A model generated the notes under the pieces. It saw only the letters and a program-made list of their open reading frames with translations. It was not told the DNA's origin and made no database searches. Source: Coprobacillus sp. CAG:698 (GTDB taxonomy: Bacteria > Bacillota_I > Bacilli_A > ML615J-28 > CAG-698). From it: a stretch of 64,000 bases of DNA. The translations under genes were made by a program, and so were the position numbers. Positions 9,802-19,612 of this stretch are shown here, piece by piece; positions within the stretch are counted from its first letter, which is position 1, and the number at the start of each line of letters is the position of its first letter. The DNA is taken from the NCBI GenBank assembly GCA_000431235.1, contig HF988734.1, positions 72,647-136,646 of the forward strand, read 5' to 3'.

Positions 9802-11100
9802 TTATTTTTCAATACAAAAAATAGCATATAGAGGAATGGATTTAATTCCATTTTCAAAGCCAAAGTTCTTTAAAGATAATCTTAAAGAATATTTTGGTAA
9901 GTATTTGTTTATATAGACTGATAAACTCCTTGAACGTGTATTATCAGATGCTTTTACTTCAATAGGAATTATATCATCTTTTATTCTGGAAATGAAATCA
10001 ACTTCTGCTTGATTTCCACTTGTCCAGTAATATAAACTTAACCCATTACTTGTTAGCTGATTATAAACATAGTTTTCTGTTAACCCACCCTTAAAGTTTG
10101 ATAGTAAAATATTATCTCTTTGAATATCATCAAAGTGAATATCTTGACTTGCAGAGCACAATCCAACATCATTCATGTAGAATTTGAAATCTGTTAGGGA
10201 TCTATAAGCATTAAGAGGTAAGTTTATTTGCTCAACACGATATAATCTGCTCGCAATACCAGACAAACATAACCATTCAATAGCTCCTTCGAATTCAGAT
10301 GCCCTTCCTCCAGATTTCACATATTTATATTGAAACTTTTTATTTTCTTTTGCAAGTTGCGTACTGATATTTTTATAAACAATTTTTGTTTTAGGAATCT
10401 CTGATTGTTTATTATATTTACTCATATCATTTTGATAAGCTTCTAAAACAGACATTTGAGCAATTCTTACCATCTCAACATTTTTATTTTTAATGTAATT
10501 TTCAACGACTTCAGGCATTCCACCGACATACAAATATTCTTTGTAGTATTCAATTGCTCGTTCATGGAATAGATTATCTAGAGGTAAGTCTTTGTTAAAT
10601 GATTCTTTAATTTGTTCCATTAAATAATTTTCATTGCAAGCAAGTAAGTATTCTTCAAAGTCCATTGGATACATATTTAAAAACTGTACTTTTCCGACTG
10701 GAAAAGAAAAATTGCTGCGGTTTACGCTAACACCTAGTAAAGAACCAAGGGCAATTATGTGATATTCATTTGCTTCTTCATTGAAATACTTTAAGGATGT
10801 AATGGCTTTAGGACACGCTTGAATTTCATCAAATATAATTAAGGTATTTTTGGGTAGAATCTCTTTACGTTTATAGTTTTCTAGTTTATGAATAATGTTT
10901 GTTGGATTTAAATTATTAAAAAAGTCTTCTAAATCTTTTTCTTTTTCAAAATTACAATAAACATAATTAACATATTCTCTTCCAGCAAATAAGTTAACAA
11001 TATAAGTTTTACCTACTTGTCTAGCTCCTTGTAATATTAATGGTTTTCTGAAGTCACTATTTTTCCATTCAAGTAACTTTTGATAAATTTTACGTTCCAT
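9802..11100 (-). CDS. AAA family ATPase (AAA_14 + DUF4143 type)
   Basis: Walker A GARQVGKTY and Walker B IIFDEIQ. The C-terminal region is typical of DUF4143 ATPases. Confidence 0.7.
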   Translation of the reverse strand: MERKIYQKLLEWKNSDFRKPLILQGARQVGKTYIVNLFAGREYVNYVYCNFEKEKDLEDFFNNLNPTNIIHKLENYKRKEILPKNTLIIFDEIQACPKAITSLKYFNEEANEYHIIALGSLLGVSVNRSNFSFPVGKVQFLNMYPMDFEEYLLACNENYLMEQIKESFNKDLPLDNLFHERAIEYYKEYLYVGGMPEVVENYIKNKNVEMVRIAQMSVLEAYQNDMSKYNKQSEIPKTKIVYKNISTQLAKENKKFQYKYVKSGGRASEFEGAIEWLCLSGIASRLYRVEQINLPLNAYRSLTDFKFYMNDVGLCSASQDIHFDDIQRDNILLSNFKGGLTENYVYNQLTSNGLSLYYWTSGNQAEVDFISRIKDDIIPIEVKASDNTRSRSLSVYINKYLPKYSLRLSLKNFGFENGIKSIPLYAIFCIEK

Positions 11101-11209
11101 AGTAAACCTCCTTACAGTATTATTATATCATATTAGTGTATTAAAGTCAAAGAATATTACATTTTTTAATAGATAATTTCTAGCATTTTTTACATTTTTC
11201 TACACTTAA

Positions 11210-13102
11210 CTAATTTGTATAAAGGTATACATAATTATCTTGTATAATTCTTTCTCCTTGTTTAGGTATTTGATTTATGATTTTATCACCTTTACCGATT
11301 ATTTTTATTTTATAAAATGGATGAGGCAAAACTTCTTTTACATTTTTGTTTATATAATCTTCCACAGTATAATAGAACGAATCAACATACCATCTTGAAT
11401 CAATAGATATTCCTCCACTTTGTTTTTCGATGTTCATAATTGAAAAACTTTGAGTTAATACTTCTTTTACAAGAGGAGCAACAACTACACCTCCATATTG
11501 GACATAAGTTTTAGGAGCTTTGATAGCAATATAACAAGTAATTTGAGGGTTATTCATTGGCGCAATTCCCAAAAAGGAAAGAATATATGTGTTGTCAAGA
11601 TATACGCCATTTACAGGTATTTGGGCTGTACCAGTTTTTCCGCCAACTCGATATCCTTCAATATAAGCTGAACGCGCAGTTCCTAGGGAAACAACACGTT
11701 CTAAAGCAGTACAAACCACATCACTAGTTTCTTTAGAAATAACTCTTCTAACATTTTCTACGCTTTTATAAAATACCTTACTATTTTCGATGCCAATTCC
11801 TTTTACAATATAAGGTTTATTCAGCATACCGCCATTAACAGCAGCGCAAGAAGCATTAACGAGTTGGATAGCTGTTCCAGAGTTTCCTTGACCAAAACTA
11901 GATGTAGCAAGTTCAACGTTACCCACACGATCTAAATCAAATAATATACCTTTAGCTTCTCCCAGTAAATCAACGTTAGTCTTCTCTCCAAAACCATAGT
12001 TTTTAATGTATTTAAAAAGTTTTTCTTTTCCTAAGCGCAGGCCAATTTCCATAAATCCAGGGTTACACGAATTTTGCATTACTTCGAAAAATGTTTCATT
12101 ACCATGACCACCGGCCTTCCAGTCTCTTATTCTTGTTCCATCAACTATTCGATATCCACAACAATTAAAATGCTCGTTTGTATTAAATACTTTTTCTTCT
12201 AAACCTGCAGTATAAGTAACAAATTTAAATGTTGAACCATATTCATAAGTCATCCAAATTGGCAAATTACGATTGTATGTTTCTTGAGGATAATTTTGAT
12301 AATTAATGATATCAAAAGTAGGTCTACTAGCGATAGCAATAATTTCTGATGTCTGAGGATTCATCATAAGTCCTAGTGACTCTTCACTATCATATAACGA
12401 TACTGCATTATCTAAAACAGTTTCTAAGGCAATTTGCACGTCAATATTAATTGTTAGATATATATCTATTCCATTACCGCTTTTTGTGAAAGTGTCACTT
12501 AAATTATCAATCTTTTTTCCATGAGCATCAGTAAAAATATTTAAACTCCCTTTTTCACCTCTTAAAAGGCTGTCGTAAACAAATTCAAGGCCAGTTAGAC
12601 CTTGATTATCACTGCCAACAATCCCTAAAACGTGAGCTAAAGTATTGTTATATGGATAATACCTAACAACATCACCAGTAATATAAATACCTTCTATCCC
12701 AGAACTGATAATTGTTTTGGCTTTTTTAATGTCAATATTTTTACCTTCGGGTTTTATCATTTCTACGGAAACATTTTTTTCAAAGTGTTTACTAATTTTT
12801 TCTTTAGGAACATTTAAAACTGTTGATAAATAATTTATAGCATATTCCTTGTCTTTAATTTGCTTAGGAATAATTGATATTGACGGAGACAACGTATTTC
12901 CAACAATTAATTTTCCATTTGCATCAAATATACGACCTCTTTTATAGCTAACAGGAATGTTTCTAGTCCAAAGATCATAAGCTCTTTCGATATAATCTTC
13001 ACCTTTACTGAAGACAACAAGACCAACTTTTCCAAGAAGAGCGATAAAAAGAGCTAAAAATATAAATACGATTATAAATAATCTTTTATGAATTGTTTTC
13101 AT
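11210..13102 (-). CDS. Class B penicillin-binding protein (transpeptidase)
   Basis: SxxK (STFK), SxN (SCN) and KTG (KTGTA) motifs with an N-terminal TM anchor. I place the start at the internal ATG 13100-13102 (MKTIHK), which has RBS GGTGAT. The upstream 55 codons of the ORF look spurious. Confidence 0.85.
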   Translation of the reverse strand: MKTIHKRLFIIVFIFLALFIALLGKVGLVVFSKGEDYIERAYDLWTRNIPVSYKRGRIFDANGKLIVGNTLSPSISIIPKQIKDKEYAINYLSTVLNVPKEKISKHFEKNVSVEMIKPEGKNIDIKKAKTIISSGIEGIYITGDVVRYYPYNNTLAHVLGIVGSDNQGLTGLEFVYDSLLRGEKGSLNIFTDAHGKKIDNLSDTFTKSGNGIDIYLTINIDVQIALETVLDNAVSLYDSEESLGLMMNPQTSEIIAIASRPTFDIINYQNYPQETYNRNLPIWMTYEYGSTFKFVTYTAGLEEKVFNTNEHFNCCGYRIVDGTRIRDWKAGGHGNETFFEVMQNSCNPGFMEIGLRLGKEKLFKYIKNYGFGEKTNVDLLGEAKGILFDLDRVGNVELATSSFGQGNSGTAIQLVNASCAAVNGGMLNKPYIVKGIGIENSKVFYKSVENVRRVISKETSDVVCTALERVVSLGTARSAYIEGYRVGGKTGTAQIPVNGVYLDNTYILSFLGIAPMNNPQITCYIAIKAPKTYVQYGGVVVAPLVKEVLTQSFSIMNIEKQSGGISIDSRWYVDSFYYTVEDYINKNVKEVLPHPFYKIKIIGKGDKIINQIPKQGERIIQDNYVYLYTN

Positions 13103-13240
13103 GTAATCACCATTATATAATATTAACATACATGCTACTTTATAATTAAAAGAATAAAAAACATATAAACTTGAAAAAATAAATTGAAATAAAATGAAGT
13201 AAGTGATATAATAATATAAATTAAAATGAGGTGAATAATT

Positions 13241-13669
13241 ATGAAAATTGCCATTGGAAGCGATCATGGAGGATATTTACTAAAAGAAGATGTCAAGAAA
13301 TATTTAGAAGAAAAACAAATAGAAACTATTGATTTGGGTTGTAATTCTTTAGAAAGTGTTGATTACCCATTATATGCTCAAAAAGTATGCAAATTAGTAT
13401 CTAATGGCGAAGTATCAGTTGGAATTTTAGTGTGCACTACAGGAGTAGGAATGTGCATTGCCTCAAATAAAGTAAAAGGAGTACGAGCTGTACTAGTTAA
13501 TAATGAAGATATGTGCAGATTAAGTCGTGAGCATAACAACTGTAATGTGTTATGCTTAGGCAGCAAATATACAACGAAAGCTATGGCTGAGAAATATATA
13601 GATATATTTTTAAGCACACCTTTTGCAGGTGGACGCCATGAACGTCGTGTTAATATGATTGAACAATAA
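13241..13669 (+). CDS. rpiB: Ribose-5-phosphate isomerase B
   Basis: [11 protein letters not shown]...[13 protein letters not shown] is the RpiB/LacAB family signature. 142 aa. Confidence 0.85.
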   Translation: MKIAIGSDHGGYLLKEDVKKYLEEKQIETIDLGCNSLESVDYPLYAQKVCKLVSNGEVSVGILVCTTGVGMCIASNKVKGVRAVLVNNEDMCRLSREHNNCNVLCLGSKYTTKAMAEKYIDIFLSTPFAGGRHERRVNMIEQ

Positions 13670-13682
13670 AAGGAGGAACAAA

Positions 13683-14309
13683 ATGGGCAAATTAGTTGTT
13701 TTTAATCATCCACTTATTCATCACAAACTCGCACTAATAAGAGATGAAAAAACAGGAACAAAAGATTTTAGTCAAACTGTCGAAGAAATCGGTATGCTTA
13801 TGGCATATGAGGTAACAAGAGATTTTCCTACTGAAGAATGTGAAACAAAAACTCCATGTGGAATAGCAAAAACAAAGAAAATTGCAAAACAAGTAGTAAT
13901 TGTTCCAATTTTAAGAGCTGGCCTAGGAATGGTTGATGGAATTAGAAATCTTATCCCTACAGCAAAGATAGGACATATTGGTTTATATCGTGATGAAGAA
14001 ACATTAGAACCACATGAATACTACGTTAAGTTTCCTCAAAACATGGAAAACTCACTAGTACTAGTTGTTGATCCTATGCTTGCAACTGGTGGAAGTGTTT
14101 GCCACGCATTAGACATCGTTAAAAAAACAGGTGCAAAAGATGTACGTTATGTTGGTTTAGTTGGAGCTCCTGAAGGTGTAAAGAAAGTACAAGAATTACA
14201 TCCAGATATTGATATCTATCTTGCTTCATTAGATGAAAAGTTAAACGAAAATGGATATATTATTCCTGGATTAGGAGATTGCGGAGATAGATTATTTGGT
14301 ACAAAATAA
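13683..14309 (+). CDS. upp: Uracil phosphoribosyltransferase
   Basis: UPRTase motifs ([24 protein letters not shown]). RBS AAGGAGG with ATG at 13683. Confidence 0.9.
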   Translation: MGKLVVFNHPLIHHKLALIRDEKTGTKDFSQTVEEIGMLMAYEVTRDFPTEECETKTPCGIAKTKKIAKQVVIVPILRAGLGMVDGIRNLIPTAKIGHIGLYRDEETLEPHEYYVKFPQNMENSLVLVVDPMLATGGSVCHALDIVKKTGAKDVRYVGLVGAPEGVKKVQELHPDIDIYLASLDEKLNENGYIIPGLGDCGDRLFGTK

Positions 14310-14530
14310 TGGATAAACATATTATTTATATATTAATATGGGAAGTATTAGTTTTTGTTACTATATTCTCATTAATGTTTTACGCTTTGCAAGCATTAGA
14401 TTTCTCAAAGATATTTAAACAAAATAGCACTACACAAATTAAAATTGTTATTATGGCAGTATCAGCTTCAGTAGCTTTTGGTATTGCAAGCGGAATTGGA
14501 GAAATATTAAAATTAATTATTGAAATATAA
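14309..14530 (+). CDS. Small membrane protein (2 TM; DUF1146/YwzB-like)
   Basis: 73 aa, two hydrophobic helices. The start overlaps the upp stop (TAATG). Confidence 0.4.
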   Translation: MDKHIIYILIWEVLVFVTIFSLMFYALQALDFSKIFKQNSTTQIKIVIMAVSASVAFGIASGIGEILKLIIEI

Positions 14531-14597
14531 AATAAATATTTATAAATAAATGTATATTATTTTTATCATCGTAAATAATACATTTGAGGTGATAAAA

Positions 14598-15242
14598 ATG
14601 AAAAAGATATTAAATGCATTTAGTAAAGAAAAAGTTCAAAAATTACTTTTTCTTGCGATGATTGTTTTAGTGTTTGGTGTTTTTATGTTTTCAATTTTTA
14701 AAAGCAATAATACTGATAAACCTAACCCAGATGATCCAGATATAAATAATCCTGATAATCCAACTCCTGATAATCCAACTCCTGATAAACCAGAACCTGA
14801 AAAATACAAGGCTCCATGCGATAATTTATCATGTAGCATAATTAGGCATTTCTATTCTCTTGAAGATGATGCTGCAACTCAAGAAATGTCACTAATTCAA
14901 ATAGGCTCTAAATATCAAATGAGCAGAGGTATTACCTACAAGAAAGAAGATGATTCTTCATTTGACGTATGTGCAACATTAAGTGGTACAGTAACAAATG
15001 TTCAAGAATCTCCACTTTATGGAAATGTAATCACAATAGATCATGGGAATAATATAAAATCTGAGTATTTAGGTGTATCAAAAGTGCTTGTGAAAACTGG
15101 AGATACTGTAAAACAAGGTCAAACAATCGCATCAAGTGGTCAAGCTGAATATGATAAAGTTGCATCAAACCATGTTCATTTCCGCGTATCAATTGATGGA
15201 AAATTTGTTGACCCAGAGGATATTCTTGGAAAAGAAAAATAA
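14598..15242 (+). CDS. Membrane-anchored degenerate M23/LytM-domain protein with Pro-rich repeat linker (SpoIIQ-like)
   Basis: RBS GAGGTGA. N-terminal TM helix followed by a PDNPT tandem repeat. The C-terminal LytM fold has HxH (HVHFRV) but lacks the first HxxxD histidine (SSFDV). Confidence 0.6.
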   Translation: MKKILNAFSKEKVQKLLFLAMIVLVFGVFMFSIFKSNNTDKPNPDDPDINNPDNPTPDNPTPDKPEPEKYKAPCDNLSCSIIRHFYSLEDDAATQEMSLIQIGSKYQMSRGITYKKEDDSSFDVCATLSGTVTNVQESPLYGNVITIDHGNNIKSEYLGVSKVLVKTGDTVKQGQTIASSGQAEYDKVASNHVHFRVSIDGKFVDPEDILGKEK

Positions 15243-15247
15243 AAAAT

Positions 15248-15276
15248 AAGAGGCTATTTTGTGTAGCCCTTTTTTT
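15248..15276. terminator. Bidirectional intrinsic terminator
   Basis: AGGCTA-ttttgtg-TAGCCT followed by TTTTTTT. Confidence 0.5.
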
Positions 15277-15278
15277 GG

Positions 15279-16160
15279 TTAGAATAGTTCAACTTTTGCA
15301 TCACGATGATCTTTAAGAGTTGTTAGGAAAACAAATAATTTTTCTATAGATATATCTGTGATGTCGATTAAGTATTTTTGGAATTTTCGGCGTTCATCCT
15401 TTGATAAGTTTTTGTATATGCAAACTGATAAAGTGCCGTTTCTTTCTTCTTTACCAATAATTTTAATGTCATTAAGAAGTGGTAAAAGAACTTCAGTTTT
15501 TCCTGTTAATAGTTTGAAGTCTTCAAAGTCAGGTAGATTAAAGAAATCAATTAATTTACCTTTATCTAGAAATAATACACGATCTAAAAGAAAACTTATA
15601 TCATCAACTTTTTCAGTTGATAAAATTATAGTTCGTGGATATCTTTCTTTATGCAAATACAATTGATTGTAAAAGTCGTAGCGTATTTTCATATCTGCGT
15701 CAAATACAGGATCATCGATAATAGTAATATTTGCTCTTGAAGCTAAAGCACATATACCAATTATAAGATGCCTTTTATAAGGAGGCATTTGTTTCCAGGT
15801 TTTGCTATAGTCAATATTAAAAAATTTACAAAGATTATAAGCATAATAATTATCCCACTTAGGGAAAGTTCTATTCATATATTTAAATAGATTCTTAATA
15901 AGCAAATTGCTTGGATAAGATGTGTTTTTGTTTATGTAGCATATTTTATTTTTACACTCTCTTCTTTTAGATAGTTTATTACCATCTAAATAGACATTAC
16001 CAGAGTTATAAGAAGTATTAGCAGCTAAGATGTCAAGGAGCACATCTTTCCCAGAGTCACTTTTGCCAAGAATAGCATATGTTTTCTTATCTAAGAAGTT
16101 AAAAGAAAAATTATATAATTTTTTGTTTTTAGAAACATTTTCACATAAAATTACTGACAT
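15279..16160 (-). CDS. ABC-transporter ATPase-like protein with degenerate motifs
   Basis: Walker A-like GKSDSGKD and Walker B-like ITIIDDP. The signature LSGGQ is not conserved. Confidence 0.45.
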   Translation of the reverse strand: MSVILCENVSKNKKLYNFSFNFLDKKTYAILGKSDSGKDVLLDILAANTSYNSGNVYLDGNKLSKRRECKNKICYINKNTSYPSNLLIKNLFKYMNRTFPKWDNYYAYNLCKFFNIDYSKTWKQMPPYKRHLIIGICALASRANITIIDDPVFDADMKIRYDFYNQLYLHKERYPRTIILSTEKVDDISFLLDRVLFLDKGKLIDFFNLPDFEDFKLLTGKTEVLLPLLNDIKIIGKEERNGTLSVCIYKNLSKDERRKFQKYLIDITDISIEKLFVFLTTLKDHRDAKVELF

Positions 16161-16184
16161 AATTGTATCTCCTTTTAAAATAGT

Positions 16185-16793
16185 CTATAGGAATAGTGAT
16201 ATAGGTTCTGAAAAAGTGATTGAAATTTGGCCTTTTGTGAGTTCAATAAGTTTTTTATTTAAAGTTTCTTTTTCAGAAAAAGGAATTAAATATTTTAAAT
16301 AAATATCATCATTAAATGACTTATTTTGCTCGCTATATTCTAAGAGTAATCTAGATATTTTATTAAAATTATTATAACTTACATTTAATTCCATATATAC
16401 ACAAGTAGTTAAATGAAGAGGGACTATTGTTTTAACACATAGGGCGGTAGTAGAAGAGTATGCTCTTACTAAACCTGATGCTCCTAATTTAATTCCTCCA
16501 AAGTAACGGGTAACAACAGCTAAAACGTTTGTTAAATTGTTTTTCTTTAAACAATCAAGAATAACTACGCCTGCTGTTTGACTAGGTTCACCATCATCAC
16601 TAAATCTGACATTCTCGCCGTCGTAGCCGTAGATATAAGCATAACAGTTATGAGTAGCATCATAATATTTTTTTCTAATTTCGGAAAGTTTTATGCTCGC
16701 GTCATTACTATCTGTGATAGGTATAAGTGTACATATAAATTCACTTTTATTTATGATTTGTTTTTCTACGTATTCTTTATTAATTGTAATCAT
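16185..16793 (-). CDS. yigZ: YigZ/IMPACT family protein (UPF0029)
   Basis: Family motifs HNCYAY...DDGEPxxTAG...VVTRYFGGIKLGASGLVRAY are present. Confidence 0.8.
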   Translation of the reverse strand: MITINKEYVEKQIINKSEFICTLIPITDSNDASIKLSEIRKKYYDATHNCYAYIYGYDGENVRFSDDGEPSQTAGVVILDCLKKNNLTNVLAVVTRYFGGIKLGASGLVRAYSSTTALCVKTIVPLHLTTCVYMELNVSYNNFNKISRLLLEYSEQNKSFNDDIYLKYLIPFSEKETLNKKLIELTKGQISITFSEPISLFL

Positions 16794-16929
16794 TTATTTC
16801 ACCAAGATAATTATAAACTAAAAGTTAAAAAAATAAAAGAATAATTTGACGAAAAAATATGGAAAAAAAGAAAAAAATAATATATAATAAATGTATAAGT
16901 AAAAACGAAGAGAAAAGTGTGGTGAAAAC

Positions 16930-18432
16930 ATGGATAATCGAAGTCAAGAATTTCTAGCCAAAGCTAAAGATATTCTAAAAAAAATAACTTTCTCTGGTGG
17001 TGAAGGGTATATTATTGGTTCAAGCGTACTAAAAATCATTAATGAAGAAAATCTTGATAAAATAACCATTTACATAAATCTTGAGGAAAGATTAATGTAT
17101 GAGTTATTCAAAGATTATAATATTATTAAAATAAACGAAGGCATTTATCAACTTGGTTATCTTGGTTTCACATATGATATACTAACTGACAAGAGTTTAC
17201 AAGAGAATAAAATAAAAACATTAGAGTGTAAAAAACATTACTCAAAATTACTTTCTCAAAAAATGAAAGAAATAGATTATACTATTTATGCACTTGCTTT
17301 AAATCAAAACAATGTTGTATTTGATTTCTATTATGGAAAGAAGGATATAGAGAAAGGAATTGTTCGCTCTATATATTATGGCGTAAAAGCTTACTTTGAT
17401 CTTAAGCCAATTAAAATGCTAGACGCTATAAAAGTAGTTAGCCAAACAGGTTATAAGCTAGATACAAGATTATTTCAAGCGATTAAATCAAAGCGAAAGA
17501 AAATAAAAAAAGTTCCGCTTAACGAAGTAGCTACAATAATGTATGAGATTTATAGAGGAAAATATTTCAAAAAAGCTCTTAAAATACTTGTTAAGACTAA
17601 ACTATATAAGAATCTAGAATGGTATAAAGATGTTATTTTCCGTTTATATAAAAGATATCGTAAAGAGACAGATAAATTCTTTTTAGGATATGAAATGGTA
17701 AAAAGGAAAAAGTATGAACCAGTAATAGGAAATACAGCTGATAACGAATATGAACTACAAATGTTTGTTAACCTTGCAATTACAAATCCTACTGGTAAAT
17801 ATGATAAACTTACTCTTTACACATATGGTGTGCAAAATTGTGTTCTTGCTAATAGAATTAATTTTTTGTTAGGAAAAGCCAAAAAGCAATATAAAAAAAT
17901 ACGTGATGAATATAATAAATTACCTATCAAAAAAACATGTGATTTAGCATTTAAAGGCGAAGACATAATGTCTTTAGGAAATTATTCACCAGAACGCATT
18001 AATGAAATATTAGACGAAGTAATTGATTTAATATTAAATGAAAAAATAAAAAATGAAAAAGAAATCCTTAAAGACTTTATTTTAAATAAGTTGAATGGAT
18101 ATGATAACAGTAATGAAGTATATGCGAATGGTGAAAAAATCATTAAGCAAATAAACGATAACGAAAGCATTGATGTAATAACTTTTAAGAGATTACAAAA
18201 GCAACAAGAAGAATTTCATAAAAGATTATTAGAACTAGAAGTAAAAGATTTAGAGCGAGAAATAGATTACGAAGTGCGAAAAAAAATTGATGAAGGGAAG
18301 ATATTAGAAAATGTAATCCCTGAGCAAAGAAAGGATACGTACGACTCACTTTATAATTCTTATTATGAGTTTTTATTAAAAACAGAAAAATATAGTAAAT
18401 TAAAACAATACAAAAGTGATAAAAAGGAGTGA
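16930..18432 (+). CDS. CCA-tRNA nucleotidyltransferase/poly(A) polymerase-like protein with degenerate catalytic motif and coiled-coil C-terminal extension
   Basis: The head domain has pol-beta-NTase-like GGEGYIIGSSV in place of GGxVRDxLLG...DxD, and a RRDFTINA-like EIDYTIYALA. The DxD carboxylates are not evident. 500 aa. Confidence 0.45.
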   Translation: MDNRSQEFLAKAKDILKKITFSGGEGYIIGSSVLKIINEENLDKITIYINLEERLMYELFKDYNIIKINEGIYQLGYLGFTYDILTDKSLQENKIKTLECKKHYSKLLSQKMKEIDYTIYALALNQNNVVFDFYYGKKDIEKGIVRSIYYGVKAYFDLKPIKMLDAIKVVSQTGYKLDTRLFQAIKSKRKKIKKVPLNEVATIMYEIYRGKYFKKALKILVKTKLYKNLEWYKDVIFRLYKRYRKETDKFFLGYEMVKRKKYEPVIGNTADNEYELQMFVNLAITNPTGKYDKLTLYTYGVQNCVLANRINFLLGKAKKQYKKIRDEYNKLPIKKTCDLAFKGEDIMSLGNYSPERINEILDEVIDLILNEKIKNEKEILKDFILNKLNGYDNSNEVYANGEKIIKQINDNESIDVITFKRLQKQQEEFHKRLLELEVKDLEREIDYEVRKKIDEGKILENVIPEQRKDTYDSLYNSYYEFLLKTEKYSKLKQYKSDKKE

Positions 18433-18438
18433 CTGTAA

Positions 18439-19380
18439 ATGAAAATCAGTGAGTGTGAAATAGGTAAACCTGTAGAAATGATATTGAAGTTTACGAAAAT
18501 TCAATACTTTCCCCAAAACAGACAAGATTCTCAAGAATATGCGAGTATAACAGGATTAGATTGTGATAAGAGAACAATAGATGTAAGGATCTGGAAAGTT
18601 ACAGATGAAATTAAGAAACGTATTACTGAAAATGGTATATATTTATGCAAAGGTAAAATTAAACTATTTAATGATAAGAAACAGTTTATGATAGATAACG
18701 ATGGAATAACAGAAGCTAACGTTAATCCAGATGATTATTTAATAAAATGCCCTTTAGAAATCAATGAATTACAAATTGAAATCTCAAGATACATTCGAAA
18801 GATACAAAATGATAACTTGAGAAATATTGTTACTAAAGCCATAATGAAAATACAAAATGAATATTTTTCTTATCCAGCTGCCGTGTCAATTCACCACAAT
18901 TATTTAGGTGGTATTGCCTATCATGTTTATTCTATGTTAACTTTATCAGAGGTATATTTAAAACAATACAAGTACTTTAATTCTGATTTGGTATATGCAG
19001 GAATAATTATTCACGATATGGGTAAAGTAAAAGAATTAAGTGGTGTTGATAAAACAGCCTATACAGCAGAAGGTAATTTACTAGGTCATATAACAATTGG
19101 CGTAAATATGCTTCATGACGTGTGTAAAGAACTATCTTTAGAAAATACCGAGGAAGCTTTAGCACTAGAACATATAATTTTATCTCATCATGGTAAACAA
19201 GAATATGGATCACCAATAATACCTAAGATACCAGAAGCAGCTTTAATATTTATTTTAGATTATTCTGATTCACGTTTTGCTTCTTTATCAGAAATTATGA
19301 AACAAGTAAAGCCAGGAGAATATACTGAACCAGTGTTTGCTTTTGATAAGAGAATATTTTATATTCCTGACATAAAATAA
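18439..19380 (+). CDS. yhaM: 3'-5' exoribonuclease YhaM-like (OB-fold + HD domain)
   Basis: HD-domain motifs HHNYLGGIAYH, IIHDMGK and LSHHG. Starts 6 nt downstream of the previous gene. Confidence 0.75.
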   Translation: MKISECEIGKPVEMILKFTKIQYFPQNRQDSQEYASITGLDCDKRTIDVRIWKVTDEIKKRITENGIYLCKGKIKLFNDKKQFMIDNDGITEANVNPDDYLIKCPLEINELQIEISRYIRKIQNDNLRNIVTKAIMKIQNEYFSYPAAVSIHHNYLGGIAYHVYSMLTLSEVYLKQYKYFNSDLVYAGIIIHDMGKVKELSGVDKTAYTAEGNLLGHITIGVNMLHDVCKELSLENTEEALALEHIILSHHGKQEYGSPIIPKIPEAALIFILDYSDSRFASLSEIMKQVKPGEYTEPVFAFDKRIFYIPDIK

Positions 19381-19425
19381 CAAAAAAGGCTTTACAAAGA
19401 AAATAAAATGTAGTAAAATAAAATA

Positions 19426-19548
19426 GTCCTGTTAAGGACGTCATATGATATCGTCTACTAAACCCTTAGTTAGTAGACCCTCTCTTTCTTATTTCCTACT
19501 ATTATCAAGGCAAAAGGCTTCTAACAGTATTAGAGGTCTTTTGTTTTT
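19426..19548 (+). ncRNA. Candidate small RNA, copy 1 (promoter TTTACA-N17-TAAAAT at 19391-19419)
   Basis: Transcript-start hairpin GTCCTgttaAGGAC. Perfect 9-bp hairpin GTCTACTAA/TTAGTAGAC. CU-rich tract CCCUCUCUUUCUUAUUUCCU. Terminator GGCTTCTAA-cagta-TTAGAGGTC followed by TTTTGTTTTT. Confidence 0.4.
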
Positions 19549-19612
19549 AAAAAAATAAAAAAATTTTTAAAAAACTCTTTACAAAAAAAACCTAATGGTA
19601 TATAATATTAGT

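Noticed and set aside
13102-13267. 55-codon N-terminal extension of the PBP ORF
   Set aside because: The internal ATG at 13102 has a good RBS (GGTGAT) and is followed by the expected TM anchor. The extension is Tyr/Phe-rich junk typical of AT-rich promoter DNA.
14636-14839. Minus-strand ORF with GLSGV repeats
   Set aside because: It is the reverse complement of the PDNPT repeat in the M23 gene, so it is a repeat artefact.
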